Shown here in pieces: positions 26,145-29,931 of a DNA stretch of 29,931 nt (positions are counted from its first letter, which is position 1; the number at the start of each line of letters is the position of its first letter). The stretch spans positions 1 to 29,931 of the IMG/VR virus record IMGVR_UViG_3300046710_000544; one strand, 5' to 3'. The position numbers and the translations under genes were made by a program. This DNA is from a virus. Taxonomy: Duplodnaviria; Caudoviricetes. Under the pieces are notes generated by a model. The model worked only from the letters and a program-made list of their open reading frames with translations, searched no databases and had not been told where the DNA came from.

Positions 26145-26179
26145 AGTCATAAAATTTTCCTTTATTGGATCGATTAAAT

Positions 26180-26779
26180 CTATTTTTTATGCCGGGAAGA
26201 AAATTCATCCTGAAGAATATTAGATAAACGTTCAAAAAGGCTATCGAATAGTTCAGGATCTTTTTTTAAAAACAAAAAAGTAGGTGGTTCATACCCACCA
26301 CCTTGGCACTGACGAGGCATATTGTTTTCAAACTGCTTCGGTATAGGATATTTCCCTGCCCAGACAACAAATTCTGTAAGTCTCTCAAGTAGATTAGTCT
26401 CATCCTCTGATAATTCGAATTTCGTTTTCTCCGCTAAGTCTAATAGTTCGTGTCCTGACTTACTACTCCATTTTTTAAGCTTACCTTCCATAACGAAGGT
26501 CGGGTTTCGTCCAATGTAAATTCCCTTTAAGAGATTTTCGAGGGCGAAACCTGATAGAAGCATATAAATACTTGTTAACGGCCATTCATTTTTAGAATCA
26601 GTTGGATCGGAAGATATTTTTGCTTCAAAATCTTCTAGACATTGATTGAAAATAATATTTGCTGCCCGCTTTAAAGATAAACTATTTATTAACCAAGTTA
26701 TAGGTAGTTGTCCGGTTTTGTCATACTGTTCTGACCAGAAAGTTTTGTTTACTCTAGGATCTGGTGGCCTCCTTGCCAT
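26180..26779 (-). CDS. Stand-alone HEPN-like domain protein
   Basis: GFALENLLKG...GHELLDLA...LLERLTEFVVWAGKYP matches the HEPN E..LK / H.L..L / (R/K)YP pattern; RBS GAGGAGGAGG. Confidence 0.65.
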   Translation of the reverse strand: MARRPPDPRVNKTFWSEQYDKTGQLPITWLINSLSLKRAANIIFNQCLEDFEAKISSDPTDSKNEWPLTSIYMLLSGFALENLLKGIYIGRNPTFVMEGKLKKWSSKSGHELLDLAEKTKFELSEDETNLLERLTEFVVWAGKYPIPKQFENNMPRQCQGGGYEPPTFLFLKKDPELFDSLFERLSNILQDEFSSRHKK

Positions 26780-26838
26780 TTCTTGTCCTCCTCCTCGTAT
26801 ATCTAATAAATAATGCCAAGGTAAAAACCTTATAAGTA

Positions 26839-26867
26839 TTTACACATTTATAAATTACTGGTACTAT
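26839..26867 (+). promoter_or_regulatory. sigmaA-type promoter for the abrB-Beta operon
   Basis: TTTACA-17 nt-TACTAT with extended -10 TG. Confidence 0.65.
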
Positions 26868-26907
26868 ATTATTGTAATTTATGGATTTTGTCAAAGGTGG
26901 GATAAAA

Positions 26908-27165
26908 TTGAAGGCAACGGGTATTGTTAGAAAGGTCGATGACCTTGGGCGCATTGTTTTGCCTATTGAATTAAGGCGTACTTTAGGCATTGACGTGAAG
27001 GACCCCATAGAAATATTTATTGATGGTGAAATGATTATTTTAAGGAAGTACGAGCCCGCATGTACCTTTTGTGGCAGCGCAGACAACATAAAACATTTTA
27101 AAGGGAAAAATGTCTGTGGTGAATGTATTGAGGCGATGTTTAATAACGCCAAAGGGATATTATAA
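26908..27165 (+). CDS. abrB: AbrB-family transition-state regulator with clostridial C-terminal CxxC...CxxC
   Basis: MKATGIVRKVDDLGRIVLPIELRRTLGI..KDPIEIFIDGE.IILRKYEPACTFCG...VCGEC; TTG 26908 after AAAGGTGG. Confidence 0.93.
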   Translation: MKATGIVRKVDDLGRIVLPIELRRTLGIDVKDPIEIFIDGEMIILRKYEPACTFCGSADNIKHFKGKNVCGECIEAMFNNAKGIL

Positions 27166-27179
27166 AAAGGAGATGTGAA

Positions 27180-28208
27180 ATGCCAATTTATTTCCCAGTA
27201 TTACGTTGGAAACTTGGTGAACGAGGTGCACTGACAAATTTAGAGACAACAGTAAAAGACCAAATATCTCCCATCATTGAATTTCCACCCGATTGTGACT
27301 ATGATGACCGAAAGGTTGCAGATTTCTGTACTAATGCAATCAATGATTGGGGAGCTGGCCGACCTTTCTATTTAGACCTTTCTGCGGTTAATTTTGATAA
27401 TGTGCCTACAGGGATTGATCATCCGGCGCAAGAACTTTTTAGAACGGCACAACAACGGAATTTGGAACCAATACCGATTTTTAATGTTAACATGGATCAA
27501 GAATTGTTTGTGACAATTCAGCAAGCGTATACTGATGGTTTATTTAGAAATTTGGCTTTGCGAATAACCGAAAACGAAGAAGATACGGCTGCTGATGACG
27601 CTCAAGAAATGATGAATGACTTAGGAATTGATATAACAGATGTCGATTTAATCATTGATTTACGAGACGTTTCAAATGGGGCTATTCAAGCAAAAACTCG
27701 AGTATTAGATACCTTAGTTCGTCAATTTGGAAATGATTATCATAGATCAATTGTCTTAAGTGGTGCTATTCCATGCATTGGTGACTATGTCGGTACTGAT
27801 GCTAATGAACGTATTCCTCGCCATGACTGGAGATTATGGAACCATGTACATCGTCTCCATAATTTTGAGCACTTATTATTTGGTGACTATACTACTATTC
27901 CATGCGAATTTCGGGAAGTACCATATCAGGGGGCCCCAAAGATAAAATATACGATAGATGATGAATGGTTTGTAATTAAAGGGCATCGTGCTAGACAAAG
28001 AGATAACCAGCGCCAAACCCAGGCACTGGTTATTGCAAACGCTCAATTTTTTCGTGGGGATCAATACAGCTTCGGAGAAAACAGAATACGCCAATGTGCT
28101 GATGGTGTTTGGGGTCCTGGTAACTCAACAAATTGGGTTTCAAACGATATTAATCAGCACATAACCTTTGTAGTGTCTCAGGTTCCCGCCATCCTTGCCG
28201 GCCCTTGA
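27180..28208 (+). CDS. Beta-family protein (T4 Beta/sce7725-like)
   Basis: YFPVLRWKLGERGAL..L......I.PIIE, ALRI, DLIIDL, FGDYTTI, IKYT....W...KG, G....W....INQHITFV. Confidence 0.85.
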   Translation: MPIYFPVLRWKLGERGALTNLETTVKDQISPIIEFPPDCDYDDRKVADFCTNAINDWGAGRPFYLDLSAVNFDNVPTGIDHPAQELFRTAQQRNLEPIPIFNVNMDQELFVTIQQAYTDGLFRNLALRITENEEDTAADDAQEMMNDLGIDITDVDLIIDLRDVSNGAIQAKTRVLDTLVRQFGNDYHRSIVLSGAIPCIGDYVGTDANERIPRHDWRLWNHVHRLHNFEHLLFGDYTTIPCEFREVPYQGAPKIKYTIDDEWFVIKGHRARQRDNQRQTQALVIANAQFFRGDQYSFGENRIRQCADGVWGPGNSTNWVSNDINQHITFVVSQVPAILAGP

Positions 28209-28752
28209 GGCATTCGCGAACAGCTTCCTTAAGTTCAATTTTATCCACAGTCTCAATAATACGATCCCAAATATCCCACCTTGGGCGATTGCGATAACCA
28301 CGAGCCAATCCGCGATCTGCAAGAATTGTAATAGCCTCTTCTTTCCAGGTCAATTCAATTAGACTACGCAGATCCACATGCTCATTAGGCTGTGGATCTC
28401 TTTCTTTTTCAAATCGTATACTAAAAGGTGTATCGTTATCATACAAAGGGATTTGTATGCCCCACCATTCAGGGATTTTGTCTTTAGCTTTAGAAACTAG
28501 TTTATGACTACAAACAAGCGTAAGTGAATCAAATATCTTATTATACAATTCAACCTGTCGGGGTAAACGATCTAATGTGTCCCTATCACTTTTTATTTCA
28601 TATCCATGCAAGCTACAATTAACTACTGCAATATCTATCCTTGTATCTCCCCAACAGATTGGGAGTTCATCGACGATGATTGTATTAGTGCTAGCAAATT
28701 CTTTTAATAGTCTATCCTTAAGGGCTGTACGAATATCGCAGTCATATAACAA
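28150..28752 (-). CDS. sce7726-family protein, PD-(D/E)XK nuclease-like
   Basis: D.DIR.AL, IVDEL....RIDIAVVN..LHGYEIKSDRDTLDRLPRQ...Y..IFD..TLV, PEWWGI, L.WK.EA, R..WR; RBS AGGAAGGGTG. Confidence 0.88.
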   Translation of the reverse strand: MLYDCDIRTALKDRLLKEFASTNTIIVDELPICWGDTRIDIAVVNCSLHGYEIKSDRDTLDRLPRQVELYNKIFDSLTLVCSHKLVSKAKDKIPEWWGIQIPLYDNDTPFSIRFEKERDPQPNEHVDLRSLIELTWKEEAITILADRGLARGYRNRPRWDIWDRIIETVDKIELKEAVRECLKGRQGWREPETLQRLCAD

Positions 28753-28821
28753 TATCGTTTCACCCTTCCTGTAATTTTGTAGTATTTTTATTATGTAATA
28801 TATTTATTAATAATAAATTTT

Positions 28822-28850
28822 ACATTATAATAAAGGATCTTTAATGTCAA
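28822..28850 (-). promoter_or_regulatory. sigmaA-type promoter for the sce7726 gene
   Basis: Minus strand TTGACA followed by TATAAT (15-nt spacer) or TAATGT (17-nt spacer). Confidence 0.5.
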
Positions 28851-28892
28851 TAGTTTGCAGGCATTCTGTTTGCATAAGATCCTTAAATATTC

Positions 28893-28922
28893 TTGAGCCC
28901 CCATCCCCCAGTCTGATATAAT
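28893..28922 (+). promoter_or_regulatory. sigmaA-type promoter with extended -10
   Basis: TTGAGC-18 nt-TATAAT preceded by TG. Confidence 0.55.
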
Positions 28923-28956
28923 ACCCCCAAAACAATGTTCCATGTAAGGGTTTTTT

Positions 28957-29154
28957 ATGTCTGAGCATAAGCAGCTTCTGGAAAGTTTATTGGCAGAATT
29001 AAAAGCTGCGCTTACCGAACCCTATGCATCAGATCAAGCAAAGGTGATCGACATAGAGAGCGTTGCCAGGCGGTACCGGTTTTTCATGGAGAACCTTGGT
29101 TCGTTTGAGGCCACCAAGAGGATCATGGATAAGGCCAGGGGGACGGAGATATAA
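28957..29154 (+). CDS. Hypothetical 65-aa helical protein
   Basis: Has its own promoter upstream and a hairpin downstream; weak RBS. Confidence 0.5.
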   Translation: MSEHKQLLESLLAELKAALTEPYASDQAKVIDIESVARRYRFFMENLGSFEATKRIMDKARGTEI

Positions 29155-29224
29155 TTATCAGGGAATGTGGGTTCTTAAGAGGGTATGGGATTAAGGCTGA
29201 AAATAAATTTATTAACATTAAACA

Positions 29225-29254
29225 ACCAGCTCCGGTTTTCATAGCTGGGTTTTT
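29225..29254 (+). terminator. Probable terminator
   Basis: ACCAGCT...AGCTGG stem followed by a T run. Confidence 0.5.
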
Positions 29255-29262
29255 ATGTTATA

Positions 29263-29290
29263 GCAGGACAAACATTACTTTTTGACGAAT
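29263..29290 (+). promoter_or_regulatory. sigmaH-like promoter with an overlapping Spo0A box
   Basis: GCAGGA...GAAT spaced as in sigmaH promoters; TGACGAA (TGNCGAA) at 29283-29289. Confidence 0.45.
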
Positions 29291-29355
29291 CCTTATATTT
29301 ACAAAGAACAAAAAGGGTACAGTTGAAGCTGGATACAAATACTTGGAGTGATTTT

Positions 29356-29931
29356 ATGCCATTTACTGAAAATCTAAAGCTCGAAGTTAAACGACGTTCT
29401 GCTTTTCGTTGTTGTATGTGTGAACAGTTTTTAGGTTCTGTACAAGTTCACCATATAGAACCCCAAAGTGATGGGGGGTCTGATAACTTCGAAAATGCCG
29501 CACCTCTATGTGCTTCTTGCCATGACATCTTTGGAAACAATCGAGATAAGAGAAAATTTATAATACAGAAAAGAGATTGGTGGTATGAGATATGTAAAAA
29601 CAGGTATGGAAGTAGCGCATTATTTGATCCAGACCAATTGGGTCAAGTTATAACTGCAGTGAATAATGTTACTGCTGAAATGTCAGAATTGAAGAAAATA
29701 CTAAAATCAATGACTATCAATGGCCTACCTACATCCGATAAATTTGATAAAGTTAAGCAAATAAATGAAATAATGATTGACGCTCTGACTCCGGAAACAG
29801 CTGAATATGTTTCTTCGGCAGTTGTTTCTGGATCAACAACACTATTCATTGAAGCAAAGGTAGCAAATGCGAGTGCAAATGTATTACCGCCGACTATCAC
29901 CTCAAGAAATAGTCTTAATAAAAATGATTAA
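29356..29931 (+). CDS. HNH endonuclease domain protein with unknown C-terminal region
   Basis: RCCMCE....VQVHHIEPQSDGGSDNFENAAPLCASCHD; ATG 29356 follows GGAGTG; TAA at the window end. Confidence 0.85.
   Translation: MPFTENLKLEVKRRSAFRCCMCEQFLGSVQVHHIEPQSDGGSDNFENAAPLCASCHDIFGNNRDKRKFIIQKRDWWYEICKNRYGSSALFDPDQLGQVITAVNNVTAEMSELKKILKSMTINGLPTSDKFDKVKQINEIMIDALTPETAEYVSSAVVSGSTTLFIEAKVANASANVLPPTITSRNSLNKND

Noticed and set aside
26754-27152. 132-aa minus-strand ORF
   Set aside because: Antisense to abrB and its promoter
26180-27165. AbrB/MazE antitoxin plus HEPN toxin as a type II TA pair
   Set aside because: The genes are divergent rather than operonic, and the protein is a canonical transition-state AbrB, not a MazE-type antitoxin
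25100-29931. attR / prophage right boundary
   Set aside because: No tRNA, integrase, core host gene or direct repeat could be identified within the window

Overview
The window holds the late (morphogenesis and lysis) half of a temperate myovirus-type prophage from a spore-forming, clostridial-type Firmicute. The host assignment is inferred from the PBSX/xkd-type tail genes, an abrB gene and sigmaA/sigmaH-like promoters. Gene order: a 5'-truncated, AT-rich PIN-like membrane protein gene; a truncated portal remnant from a different phage; HTH/TerS-like gene, HNH-P-loop fusion, putative cos region, TerS, TerL; HK97-type portal, protease and capsid, a probable decoration protein and neck proteins; a contractile tail module (sheath, tube, chaperone with a -1 frameshift, short tape measure, LysM, hub, spike, baseplate, fibre); a three-gene accessory fibre module with 16 x ~23-aa repeats; a lysis cassette (XhlA-like, two holin-like genes, M15A endolysin, a 44-aa zinc ribbon, a half-size PnuC-like protein). 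The right end is an AT-rich accessory cluster: Abi-alpha-like, HEPN-like, AbrB, Beta-family protein convergent with an sce7726-type nuclease, and an HNH protein. No integrase, att site, RNA gene or CRISPR array is visible. All family calls come from motif recognition and synteny, not database searches.
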